Positions 1-11,871 of a DNA stretch of 64,000 bases are shown one piece after another; the stretch's first letter is position 1, and every line of letters begins with the position of its first letter. The stretch is from Camelus dromedarius (taxonomy: Eukaryota): assembly GCF_036321535.1 (NCBI RefSeq), contig NC_087436.1:121770001-121834000 (forward strand), given 5' to 3'. The notes under the pieces are model-generated. The model was not told the origin of the DNA and made no database searches. It saw nothing but the letters and a program-made list of their open reading frames with translations. Made by a program: the position numbers and the translations under genes.

Positions 1-1287
1 CTGGTGGTTCCCCAGGGACTAGAAAATGGAGCTCCATTTACGTAAGAACAGGCTGCTGACAGCTTCCCCACCTCACACATTCACCCGAAGGAAAGAGGCT
101 GCAGGCTGGGCAGACCATGAAAATGGCCTGGCCTTGAACACATACCTGAATAACACTACTTAAAAATCATTCTATTAACAAAGGCACCATTAAGTGTTCA
201 AACTGAACAATATTCTACCCAATAAAATTTAAGGATAAACTCGGGTGATTACCAAGCACTTATTGTAAGAGAACATGACAAACTGACTACAGTCCATTCT
301 GAGCCAGTGGCTGTCAGCCCCGGGCCCACGCACCCACCCCAGCAAACACACGCCAGGCTCCACACACCCCACTTCACAGTGATGTGCAGGACGACAAAGC
401 CCCTTCCAGGTCAGGTCCCCCCTTTCTCTCCCGGTTGAGAATCACTGCTTTAAATAATAAATCAGTAGAGTTTGGGAGGAAAGTCTATTTTTGATTGATT
501 AGAACTAACCTTGAACCAAAATAACTGATAAAAAAAAATAAAACAAAAAGTTTATGATAAGGATCAATAAAAGTAAGTTCAAAATAGCTAGAGAGGCAAA
601 GCGATCTACAGTACAAAGCATGAAACCAGCCTAACAATCTCACTGCCAAGTCTAAGACACTGCACTTGTAAGCCTGAGGTTCTCTGAACAGAAGCACATC
701 CAAGTCAGGCTTTCCCAGCTCCTCACTGCTGTCCTGAACAGGCCTCTTCCAGACTGCCCCCTGCGCCCTCTCATCCACCCACCTGCACGGCAGCACAATC
801 TTCTACCGCGCCACACACAGGGGTCGTGCCCTCAAGAACGTGCCTTCTACATGCAAGTCCTCGTTTTTGTGTTTGGAGAACACAGTGATTTTAGACCTGG
901 TACAGCCCAGCCAGTGTCACAGGACCCATGCTGTATTCAAATTATTTTACCCACCACATGAAGACAAAGAGCCAGGCCCAAAAGGCCACCAGCAAAGAAT
1001 GAACAGGTGCCCGGGTGGTTAGAACATCCCCCGAACCACTCTCCATGTACCAGTTAATTCTGAAGGAATAAACCATGACTTTTACGATTGGTCTCGCATG
1101 TGTAAAGGCTCACAATTCCAAGAGTTTAAGAGATTATGGCAAAAGGGAACATCTGCAGACCCTCCTATCAGGAGTGGATGCTGTTCTATGCAAGCTGCCC
1201 ATTTACAGACTCTTGTTTGTTTAAATATGGACGCCCGGAGAAGCTTAGTGACGGGTGAGCTTTCGGGCCCCCTCTGCCCTGACTTAC

Positions 1288-1539
1288 CTTACTGTGTGTG
1301 AAGGGGGGTGCCGTGTACAAGGTGGGGTGAATAAGAGGGCGTGGCAGGTGTGGGACGGCGTGCAAGGGCACGTGTCCGTGGATGTGCGGGTAAAGATGCA
1401 GAGCAGGGTGTGTGGGCTTCTCGGGGCTCAGGAACTGGTGGCCAGGAGGGAGGGCCCCCGCAGTCATGGCTGATGCCGTCAATCCAGACGCTTCTTGTTT
1501 ACAAACGTGACATTCACAAGTGTTTGGAGCTGGTTCAGC
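1288..1539 (-). CDS. FAM193A: FAM193A coding exon L (252 nt, phase 0-0): AEPAPNTCECHVCKQEASGLTASAMTAGALPPGHQFLSPEKPTHPALHLYPHIHGH...PPFTHSK
   Basis: Acceptor with a pyrimidine tract ending ccttttag|GCT, donor AAG|gtaagt. Overlaps track ORF 1186..1482. Confidence 0.94.
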
Positions 1540-2199
1540 CTAAAAGGAAAGGAAAAAAGTACTTAATAACTTAGTATTTAGTATTTAGGGAAAAAAGAAT
1601 GGTATGGACTGAATTAGAGTCAGTCACACAGCAAATACAAAGACAGCAGGGCCCGTCCTGACACCCCAGGTTGAGCGGGCCCCTCCTTGCGAGGTAAACG
1701 AGGGCCCCCAGGAGTGGACTGAAGAGACCTGAAAAGAGAGGGGGTGCGCACCTCAGCCCCGCTGGGCATCGGCCGAGGCAGCAGCCACGCCTGCCTGCAT
1801 CCGCGCCTGTCTGAGCAGGGGCAAGGGGACCGGCCAGATGGCAGAGTGGAGAGGGGGAGCTGGGACCAAGGACAACAAGACCACCGGTGCCACGCTCCGC
1901 TGGGCTCACACTGCTTAACGGATGGTTACATAGAGATTCTTCAAAATGCACCAGAGATGGGACTTCCGGCTAAGGTGGAATGAAGCAGTCGGTGACTCCT
2001 CTCCCTCAAAACAAGTGTAAAACTGAACACAACTGTCAAAGGCAATCGTTTTGAGGCTCTGGAAATCAACCAAAGGAAAAAAACAAATTGAGAAGCGTTT
2101 ATTCATGCAAATCTGCTAGAACTTTAGGTAAGAACAGAAGGAGTCTAGCCTTCTGGCCTGGGGCTCTTCCTTTTCCCAACTCCCCACACCCCTTAAAAA

Positions 2200-5130
2200 A
2201 CTAAACTCAAAAACACAATTAAAGAATCAATAACAGAATTAAAGGAGACACTAAAAATTTTGTTTGATACAAAAAAGGAAGTAAAGGAGGGACAGAGGAA
2301 CAAAAAACATGGGACATACAGAAATAACCAGCAAAAAGGCAGATGTAAGTATCACCAATCATTACACTAAATGTAAATGAAGGATTCCAAACAACAGGCA
2401 GAGACTGATGGGCAGGATAATGATGTAAGACCCAACTAAAAGATGGGAAGGCAAATTTTAGATTCAAAGACAGAGAGAGGCTGAAATTAAAAGGGTGAAA
2501 AAACATACAACATGTGTTCAATAACCCTAAGACAGCTGGAGTGACTATGTTAGTGTTAGATAAAAGTCTTTAAGAAATATTAGAAAAGAAATACTTCATA
2601 ATGACAAAAGGGCCACTAAATTAGGGAGACAATACATGGAGACACATTCAACAACACTGTCCCAAAATGTATGAATCAAAAACTGGCAGATTTGAAAGAG
2701 GAATAATCCAACAGTTATACTTGAAGACATCAATGTCTCCCTGAGTAATCTGTAGAACTAGACAGAAAAATCAGTAAGGATGTAGGGACTTGAATAATGC
2801 GGACAATCAGTGTGACCAAACTTTCACCTATAGGACACTCCGCCCAAGTAGGGCAGAACACAAATTATTTTCATTTTCAAGTGCACGTGGAACACAATCT
2901 AGGATAGACCATATATGTTAGGCCATAAAACAAGTCTTTAGATTTAGATTCAACAAGCTAGAAAAAGATAATAAACCCAACCCAAAGAACATAGAAAGAA
3001 ATAATGGAGATCAGAAGAGTAATCAATGAAATAGAAAAGAGGAAAACAGAAAATTAACAAAACCAAAACTGGTTATTTACAAAAATTTATAAGCCTACAA
3101 CCAGACTGACTGAAGGGGTTAAAAAAAGTAAACAAAATTACCAAAATCAGGAATTAACATCACTACACTACAGACTCCACAGAATTAAAAGAGAATCTAA
3201 TACAACCTCATTCCATCAAACCAGACAACTTAGATGAGGAAGGTAAATTTCTAAAAAGATGAAGTATTAACTCAACCGACCCAAGAAGAAACAGAAAATC
3301 CAAATGGACCTGTAACGAGTCAGCGAAACTCACATGAGTTATTGCAAATTTTCCCACAAAAAAGACCAGGCCCTTGGAATTTCCCTGGTGGCCTCTGTCA
3401 GATATTTAAGAAATCTCAACCTCAAGACAAATTCCTTCAGAAAACACAAGCAGAACAAACACCTCCCAACTCATTCTATGAGGCCAGTATTTCCCTGATA
3501 CTAGAGCCAGACGAAGACCCCGTAAGGACAGACTATAGACAAGTATCTTTTATCAACACAGATGCAAAAATCTTCACAAACCAATCAACCGACATTAAAA
3601 AAAGAAAAAGAAAAAAAAAAAGGATTATATGCCATGACCAAGTGGGAGTTATCCTAGGAACACAAGGTTGGTTTAATACCAAAAAGGTCACTTGATGAGA
3701 TATACTAGAGTAACAGAATAAGGACAAAAACCACAGGGAGTTCTCAACAGATGCAGAAAAGGGACCTGAAAACCCGAATTCATGATAAACCCTCAGGAAT
3801 CTGGGCGCAGAACAGAATTCAGTCACTTGACAAGGACACACATGCAGCCCAGCCTAGCATCTGCTCACTGTCAGAGACTGAGTGCTTCCCCCAAGACTGG
3901 GAATAAGCAAAGATGTCTGCTCGCACCACTTCTATTCAATACTGTGCCGAAGGTTCGAGCTAGCTCAGCAAGGCAGGAGTGAGAAACCAAAAGCGTCCAG
4001 GTAAGAAAGCAAGAAGGAGACTGTTTATTCACAGACAAAACGACCCTGCAAAATCTGAAGGAAGGGAACAAACACAAAACATCTCAACCCCTCAAAAGCA
4101 ACAAGTTTATTAGCAAAGCTGGAGAATTTAAGATCAATTTATAAGAATCCACTGTATTTCTGTATATTACCAACAATCGATTGAAAATTGAAATTAGAAA
4201 ATACCATTCACTACAGAATCAAAAAACACCTAATATTTAAGAATGAATTTAAGAACTATGCTCAAGAACCACAGACAAGAAGATCTTTAAAACTGCTGAA
4301 AGAAATTAAAGGTAATTTAAATAAATGGAAAGAAACAGCACAGACTGTTCCACAGGCTGACAGATTCAACTTTCTCAAGATTATATTTTCCCCAAATTGA
4401 TCCTTATCATCCCACAAATAAAAGATTAGGCCCAGAGGATTTTGCTGGTGAATTCTACCAAATATTCAAGAATTCAGCACAATCTCTACCAAAACCCAAG
4501 CAGGCCTCTTTGTAGAAGGTAGTAAGTTAATCCTAAAACATACAAGGAAATGCAAAGGAACAGCCTAAAAATTCTGAAGATGGCCCACCCAGCTGGAGGG
4601 CAGATGCCACCTGATTTCCAAACTTATTATAAAGGAGCAGTCAAGTACAGTATGGGTTTATACTCTAAGGATATAGAGATCAAATGAACAGAATACTCAA
4701 TGTAGATATTAACTCTTCCATTTATAGTCAATTACTTTTCAACCAATGACCAATGCAGTTCAACAGGGGAAAGGATGGTCTTTTCAACAAATGGTATTGG
4801 GACAACTGGATATCCAAACATGCAAAGAGATGAATTTGGACCCTAAGCTCAGATCATAAGCAAAACCAGCTCAAACGAATCACAGACCTAAGTAAAAGCT
4901 AAAATGATGTCTCTTCTAGAAGAAAACAGTTCTGCATTAAGCAAAAATTTCTTGGGTATGACATCAAAAGCATGATCCATAAAAGAAAAAACTGACAAAC
5001 TGGAGTGCATCAAAGCTAAGAACTGCTGCTTTTCAAGTACCATAAAAAAAGAACAGACATGCCACAAGACCAAGAGAAAGTACTCGCAGATCACACAGTT
5101 GATACAGGGCTTGTGCCAGCACATACAGAA
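2200..5130 (+). mobile_element. Degenerate old LINE-1 ORF2 fragment, antisense to FAM193A
   Basis: A-rich plus strand with L1 ORF2-like remnants in the track ORFs (PNSFYEASISLI, HDQVGVILGTQGWFN, LAPLLFNTVPKVRA). Many stops and frameshifts; boundaries approximate. Confidence 0.85.
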
Positions 5131-6309
5131 CTCTCATGACTCCAGCACAAGGCAGAAAAGGAAACGATCGCAAGGAGCCCTCCAACAGACGACAGAACGC
5201 TCAGCTCTGCCCAGAAAAATGCAACCTGAAAGCCCACAGGGTTATCGTTTTTTACCTGCCAGACAGGCAAGAGTTCAGAACTACGGTGTCACTCTCTTCC
5301 AGGGGGTGGGGGAGGCCACCACGCGCTAGCCCAGTAAAGCCACTGCTGTGACCAATCCTAGGGTTGGAACTGCCCGTGTAGAAAATGTCAGATGTACACA
5401 GCTACTCACTGGAGTGTTTACGGTGGGAAAACAAAGGGAAGCAGGGGGACTAGAGAGAAAAACGAAATGGAACAATGTCCGTCCACAGACAGAGCATGGG
5501 GAGGCCAGCAGAGGGGCGTGAAGAAGCACCCTGCAGGCAGCCGGCCGGGAGGCACCGCCGGCCGAGGGGCAGAGCGGGCTGTGCTCCGGTGCAGGCCTCT
5601 TCAGAAGGAAGCGGAGGGATGCTGGCATTTGCACAAACACCGGAAGGACACACAGTGCATCACTAAGGCCAGTTTGGGTCTCCACTGGGACTGGGGTGGG
5701 AAGGTGCTGGGCCGGGAGACGAGGAAGGAGGTGGAGCCAGACCTCTCAATGGAGCACCTTCCAGCACCCCCAACTGGAGACTTCACTGCCTAGTAAAGTG
5801 CTGCAAATGGCCGTGACCTTCCTTTGTGTTTCCTTTCATTTGAAAACTGCTTGAGCATCTGTTATAAAACTGAGTCTCTAAGAAAAAATAATAGTCTGAT
5901 AAGGTACCCTCACCTCTGGTTAACAGAAAAACAAATCTCTACCAGGAAAAAAGCTCCCTTACAACACCAATGTTTTCTGAAGCTTTAACACTCCACAATT
6001 TTATTTTATTTAAAAGCCCTCCCCTTGCTTCTACAAAGACTCCCCAACACCTAAATCCCTGGAGCTACTCGGGGTGCGGCAAATCAAGACAACGCTGACT
6101 GCAGACTCAAGCAAGACACACAAGACTAACAGGAGGGTACGAGTCACACTGGTTTAGCTCCTAAGTGCACCTTGATCCTCTCCAGTCCTCATCTCCAGAA
6201 GTTACTTGAAATGACATAATTTTGTATTCAGTAATGGTCATGTTTAGAGAAACCAGACACAGAGAAAGAGACCCTTGGCAAAACGGAGTTCAAAGAAATA
6301 AGACCATAC

Positions 6310-6489
6310 CTGCTGGGCGGGGTAAGATGGGGGTGGACTGTCCACTTTACTTTCCTCTTTCCCGGGGTTCCCGTTTCCTGGGGCCGTGTCCTCCTTCGGG
6401 GCTCCTGGCGGCTCCCCACTGCTCTCGCCGGCCGCCTCTTCATCGTCAGCTTCTGAAGAGCTACTGCTGGTACTGCTTACCTGAGGGGA
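6310..6489 (-). CDS. FAM193A: FAM193A coding exon K (180 nt, phase 0-0): SPQVSSTSSSSSEADDEE...DSPPPSYPAQQ
   Basis: Acceptor gtgtctttaaag|TCC, donor CAG|gtatgg. Lies within track ORF 6244..6501. Confidence 0.9.
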
Positions 6490-6604
6490 CTTTAAAGACA
6501 CCCTTTGTCATTCACACTTTTCAGAGCAGAAGGATACAGAAAACCGAAACCCCGGACCACCATTTTATGCCACTATCGCCACTGTGAAGAGGCCACGCCC
6601 GTAC

Positions 6605-6758
6605 CTCCTCTTTCAGCGCCAGGTTTTCCCCGCCACCGTTCAATTCGCTGTGGATTCCATTCATGCTGGCCACCACCTCCGTGTCGTCATAGTTACTCAA
6701 CGGATAGATGTCAGCAAACTTAGCGGACAACGGGGCGACATCTTCATCGTCACTACAA
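6605..6758 (-). CDS. FAM193A: FAM193A coding exon J (154 nt, phase 2-0): CSDDEDVAPLSAKFADIYPLSNYDDTEVVASMNGIHSELNGGGENLALKEE
   Basis: Acceptor ctctgctgtctcag|T, donor GAG|gtacgg. Overlaps track ORF 6521..6730 and is followed by a 115-nt intron. Confidence 0.93.
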
Positions 6759-8798
6759 CTGAGACAGCAGAGACAGTCCCTGTGAGGCCGCTCACCCGTG
6801 GGGACAGCTAGTGAACTCCCTCAGCTGACGCTGCTCTCAAAGGAGAATTACACAGAGAAGCACTCACGGTCTTAACACCTCTTATAACCTGAACACGAGT
6901 GAAAAATGCCCGCAAGATCACCACTTGTGCTGTTTGGAAGAATGGAAAAAGAAACTCCAAAAGTAGAAATATTAAGGAAATGACAAAATTTAATCAGATT
7001 AATTGATATTACACTTCCATTCAACTTGAAGTGCTTGATGTACAGCTGTTCTCTCTGCCATTTCTAAAAAGACACAATCTTTGATTAAAATGGAAGGGGT
7101 ATGGAGAACAACCTTAGGTCTTCAGCGTTTTGGTAGCCACAGCCAGCTGAACAAAGCACTAAAGGCACTTAGGTGACAAAACACTAAAAGCTCAAAAGTC
7201 GGTCATGACCTTAACCAGGCACCAGCTTTAGCAAAGCATGTAAGTGGTGGGCAAATGGAACTACACACCAACGGAAAGTAGAAAGACTGCCCTGCCATGG
7301 CCCAAGGAAGCCACGTACAATGTATGGATTTCTGGCACATGGGAAGAGCTGGCACAGATTCCTGGCTTAGTGCACACAGTTCAAAGCACAAACGGACGCC
7401 CCACGCTCTGCATAAACATGCCTCCAAGTCTGCCTGGAGCCTTGACAAATAATGGCCCCCTAGAAGGAGAATCTTAAGATTTGGAGCTCTTTTGGCTTTA
7501 CGGAAGAGTGTCCCGAATCTCCAAACTCAGGTGTCTTCTCCGTTTCTAGGAAAACAAGTCTACATGCTACGAAGCATGTAGGAAGCAGGAGGGCGCTCGC
7601 CAGGCCAGGGCTGCTTGGGCCTCCTGGGGTGTCACCATCACCATGATTCAGAGGAGGAAACCGAGGTGCAGGAAGGATGTAACTAGGCCACGTGCTTGAT
7701 GTGAAGGCAGGCCTCAACATCCCAGAGCCCACAAGATCCACGGCCCAGCGCCCATGACTGCCTAACTCTACTTAACCAAGTCGGCACCGAGAAAGAGAGA
7801 ACGCAGACCAGAGGCCGCCCGGGAGGTCCTCAGGTCACGGCAGTTCATACTCAGAAAACACAGACCGCGAGGTGCCAAGGCCCAGCGTAAGCTTCCATTT
7901 GACTACATCTGCTCAGTGTTAATACACTCCTGTGAAAAGCACTAGTGGCAGCTGTGAAGCTCTCAACACCCCTGCACAGGCTCCAGAGAGCCCTGAGAGC
8001 AGTCTGAGCTCAATGCAAAGAGCTGTGGGGTCAGACTAACCCCTGGAACTACTCTGAGTGTGAGACCAAATCGACACTGAGAACTGAAAGACTCGAAAGG
8101 AAAGCGTCAGAGTTACCACGCGAAACGGATGGAAGCGGCCGGCACCTGAGAACCGTGGAGCAGCCCAAGGTCGGGGAACAGCAGGTGGGCCAGTCGCATC
8201 CACAGGGCCCTACGACGTGTAGGCTGAAAACCCAGGTTTCCCTACACAAGACATTCCTCGGCGTGCGGCCACCCAGAAGGCAGGGCTGAGACCCTCAACA
8301 AACCACAGGGTCACAAAGACACGGACATGCCACACAGCATGAACGTGTGGCAGCTGCATGGCCACCTCGCACACACGGTGTCCTGCTGGGGATGCAGGAC
8401 GTGGAAAACAGGACCTGTCCATCGCTTGCTACAGTGACCACCTGAGGGCTTAGCAAGACGCGGAACAGGTGTGGATGTGGGAGGGACGATGAAGTGGCAT
8501 GAGCTCGGGCTGACCGCCTGCAGCTACGAGGACGAGGGAGATGGGACGAGGAGACACTGCTCTGAACACCACTTTCCTGGCTGGCATTTGTTAATTCACC
8601 TTCTTTTTGGCAGGTAATGAAACAGCATCAAGTTTGGGTTTACTGACTTCATGTTTTAAAAATTGCTTAAAAAAACAAGGGTCCTTTCTCTTGAGAAGCA
8701 CTACAGTGGTACACGCATGTCCACAGACACCCCCGTCGAGGTGTCTCATCAGTGGGTTCCGTGAATTTCCGAAACCTGGGCACAAAGTCGGGACTTAC

Positions 8799-9041
8799 AA
8801 AGTCGGTGCCGAGCCGTTGTCTGTGAGGATGAGTCTGGGGTGCTGCTGGGCTGCAAGGGGAGAGCTGGAGCCTGACCCTGAGCTTGCCGACGACGCGCTC
8901 GGTGGGCGCATCTCAGAGAGACGGTCGGGGGCAGAGTCCACCTGGAGTGGCAGCTGGTGAATGTGGATGTCGCCAGGGACGGGGGGATCCACGATGCCAC
9001 AAGTGAGGATGTGTGACAGGCTGCAGTCATCACAAGCACAC
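8799..9041 (-). CDS. FAM193A: FAM193A coding exon I (243 nt, phase 2-2): CACDDCSLSHILTCGIVDPP...SSGSGSSSP...LILTDNGSAPT
   Basis: Acceptor tcaattcctgatcag|G, donor TTT|gtaagt. Lies within track ORF 8795..9142. Confidence 0.93.
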
Positions 9042-9152
9042 CTGATCAGGAATTGAGGACAGTTACCGAGACAGCCAACAGGGAGGGTCCGCGCCGGGCC
9101 TCCGCTGGCCAGGAAGGCCCCGCAGGCCCGCTGCGCACACACCCAGGCTCAC

Positions 9153-9265
9153 CTCCTCCTGTAGCTGCAGTTGGGGCAGTCGGGCATGCTCAGCCGCGAC
9201 GACAGCACGTGCCTCACAGTGTCCGTGAAGCTGTTCTCACCAGGGGCGGCTTTTTTGTTCGCTAA
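9153..9265 (-). CDS. FAM193A: FAM193A coding exon H (113 nt, phase 0-2): LANKKAAPGENSFTDTVRHVLSSRLSMPDCPNCSYRR
   Basis: Acceptor cccaatctcctccag|TTA, donor GAG|gtgagc. Followed by a 111-nt intron. Confidence 0.92.
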
Positions 9266-10612
9266 CTGGAGGAGATTGGGAAACAACAGGTTAACTTTGC
9301 GGGACCCATCCTCCATGACGAGGTTCTTAGATCTCGGCAGCTGTGGCAGCGTGTTGGGCTCACTCAGCTTCCTGAAGTGGGACAGGGCCAGGACAAGAGG
9401 GCAGCAGCCGTGGGGCTGAGAAGGGTCCTGACACAGGCCAGGGACCGGTGACCCCTAACAGATTCCTCACCAGCTAACGCACTGACACCCCCCGCAGCAG
9501 ACGCCCAGCCTTCACCCTGAAACTGCTGCACACCTGGTACTCGCTAGGTCCCAGGAGCGCACAGGCAATCACTGCCCTTGAGGACATGAGATTCTGGAAG
9601 AGGAGGCAGGTAGAAAACCAAGGTTTTTGGGGAAACAAGGCATGGGCGGCACCCTGGCAGAGATCAGCTCTGGGTGCTGGAGAGGCAAGAAAGCAGCTCG
9701 GCGTGCCAGGCCTCAGCAAGGCCCAGGGGGCTGGTACTCTGTCAGAGGCAAGGAGCACGTCCAGGCCAGCGAACAGCATGGGCTTGGCATCCCCTTTAAA
9801 AGACCCTCGGTGGTCTATCCACCTGGGACTAAGCAGGAGTGGGTCTGGGGAAGGAGCAGCCTGGGCACACAGAGCCACAGCGTCCAGCACCCACCAGGCC
9901 AATGGTGTGGACAGGGCACACAGAAGTCTGGACAATCAGCACACGACGCAGCACAGGTGGAAAGGAATGCGGTGCAAGGGAGGCGAGTGGAGGGGATGGA
10001 GGGCTGGGAACGGGAGCCCCAAGGAAGCGGCACCTCAACTTCCAGTGGAGCAGGCGAGCCTCTGGACCAGCTCTGGCAGTGGGTCGGTGCTGGCTGGGAG
10101 AGCCATGTCTCAGGACAGAGGCACTGACATCTTGGGAAGGCCGAGGGAGCGGAGCCGGCAAGGGGACCAATCAGGAGAGAAGCCGGCACGTGCCCAGGAA
10201 TCCAGGGAAGCGAGTTCCCCAGGGAGGTCAGGTGCCCTGAGGCCAGCACACAAGGCAGAGGGGAACAGGGCTGCTGGAGGAAGGGCGAGCAGGGCCCCCA
10301 GCACAGAGGGGCGGGCCCAGTCCAGCCCTGTGACTTCACTGCGTGTCACCCCACGAGGGTGACCTGCAGACGACACCACCCGCCTGGAAGGAGACCGTGG
10401 GGACTTGGGGGTGGCTGTGGGCCGAGTGGGTCACTCCATAAACAGGGGTGTGCCTTAAGGAATACAGAAGACAAGGAAGGCGACAGGAGACACGTTTAGA
10501 AACAGTCTTACAGGCAGAAGTGCGATGCGGTGTTGAAATGCTGGTCTCTAATCTAGAGCCACTCACTCCTCTGTGACCTGCCTCCACCCCTCCGAACGGC
10601 CCCCAGCCTTAC

Positions 10613-10690
10613 CTGATCTTCCACGAATCGCCTCTGTTTAAAAAGCTCCCAGTCTTCCGTTAGCACGCGCTGTTTGGTTTTCAGTGTCAT
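10613..10690 (-). CDS. FAM193A: FAM193A coding exon G (78 nt, phase 0-0): MTLKTKQRVLTEDWELFKQRRFVEDQ
   Basis: Acceptor tttacgtcccctgttaattag|ATG, donor CAG|gtaagg. Translated by hand. Confidence 0.92.
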
Positions 10691-11288
10691 CTAATTAACA
10701 GGGGACGTAAAAAACAAAAACCCTTAGTACCAGCAAGAGCCACCCGGGACATTTTCAAGACGTTTAAAAATGACACACAAGCAGCATCTGCAGACAGGAG
10801 AAGCTGCGGCGCCGGGCACGCTCACCACGGCCGTCTTGGCGGCGTGCCTGCCTCGCTCAGAGCCATCGCAGACACGTGTCTTCCTCAGGTGAGAGCCCCG
10901 AGACCGGCTCGCGCTGAACAGACAAACTGAGGTGTCAGAGACGGGCCTGTCACCGCGGCGAGTGGAGCGGATGGGCCTGCACGACAAGGGCTCGGGCAGG
11001 AGGAAGACCGGTTCGCCCTTCACAGAAGGCCCTGAGAGGAGGCAACCCCAGAGACAGGGCGCAAGAAGCTCCAGAGCTCAACGGTGTGACAACAACGTGA
11101 GCAGACTCAGCACAGCTGAGCTGCAGGCTTAGAGACGGTTAGGACAGCCAACACTGAGCGGTGCAGATTTGACAAAAGGTTTTAAGAACTGAAGGGAATA
11201 GGGAATTAAAAATGGGTTCAAGGGACTGCCTTACTTGAGGGGGATGTCTAAGAAATGAGTCATCTTGGTGTTTGTGTAAATGCATTCT

Positions 11289-11860
11289 CTTTTTGGTATA
11301 CGTCCATTGTACTGAAGTACAGTCACTTTACAACGTGGTGTCAGTCTCTGGTGCACAGTGCAGTGCTTCAGTCACACGTGAACATACATACATTCGTTTT
11401 CATTCTTTTTCACTGTAACTTATTGAGTATAGTTCCCTGTGCTACACAGTATAAACCTGTTTATCTATTTTATATATATTAGTATCTGCAAATCTCCAAC
11501 TCCCAATTTATCCCTTCCCGCCCTCTTCCCCTCCTGGTAACCATGAGTTTTTTTCTATGTCTGTGAGTCTGTTTCTGTTTTGCAAATGAGTTCATTTGTC
11601 TTTGAGATTCCACACATAAGTGATATCATATGGTATTTTTCTTTCTGTTTCTGGCTTACTTCACTTAGAATGACAGTCTCTAGGTCCATCCATGTGGCTG
11701 CAAATGGAGTGATTTTATCCTTTTTTATGGTGGAGTAGTGTTCCATTGTGTGTATATACACACCACAGCTTCTCTATCCAGTCGTCTCTCAGTGGACGTT
11801 TAGGTTGCTTCCATGTACACAGTGCTGCTGTGAACACTGGGGTGCATGTATCTTTCTGAA
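11289..11860 (-). mobile_element. Cetartiodactyl/camelid-type L1 3' end, 5'-truncated
   Basis: ORF2 C-terminal remnant TMEHYSTIKKDKITPFAATWMDLETVILSEVSQ plus 3' UTR. Probable TSD aaatg(c/t)attct at 11278-11288 and 11861-11871. Confidence 0.85.
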
Positions 11861-11871
11861 AAATGTATTCT

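Noticed and set aside
9586..10362. 258-aa plus-strand ORF
   Set aside because: GC-rich intronic sequence with long ORFs in several frames on both strands, low-complexity A/G/R/S composition and no recognisable domain; expected by chance.
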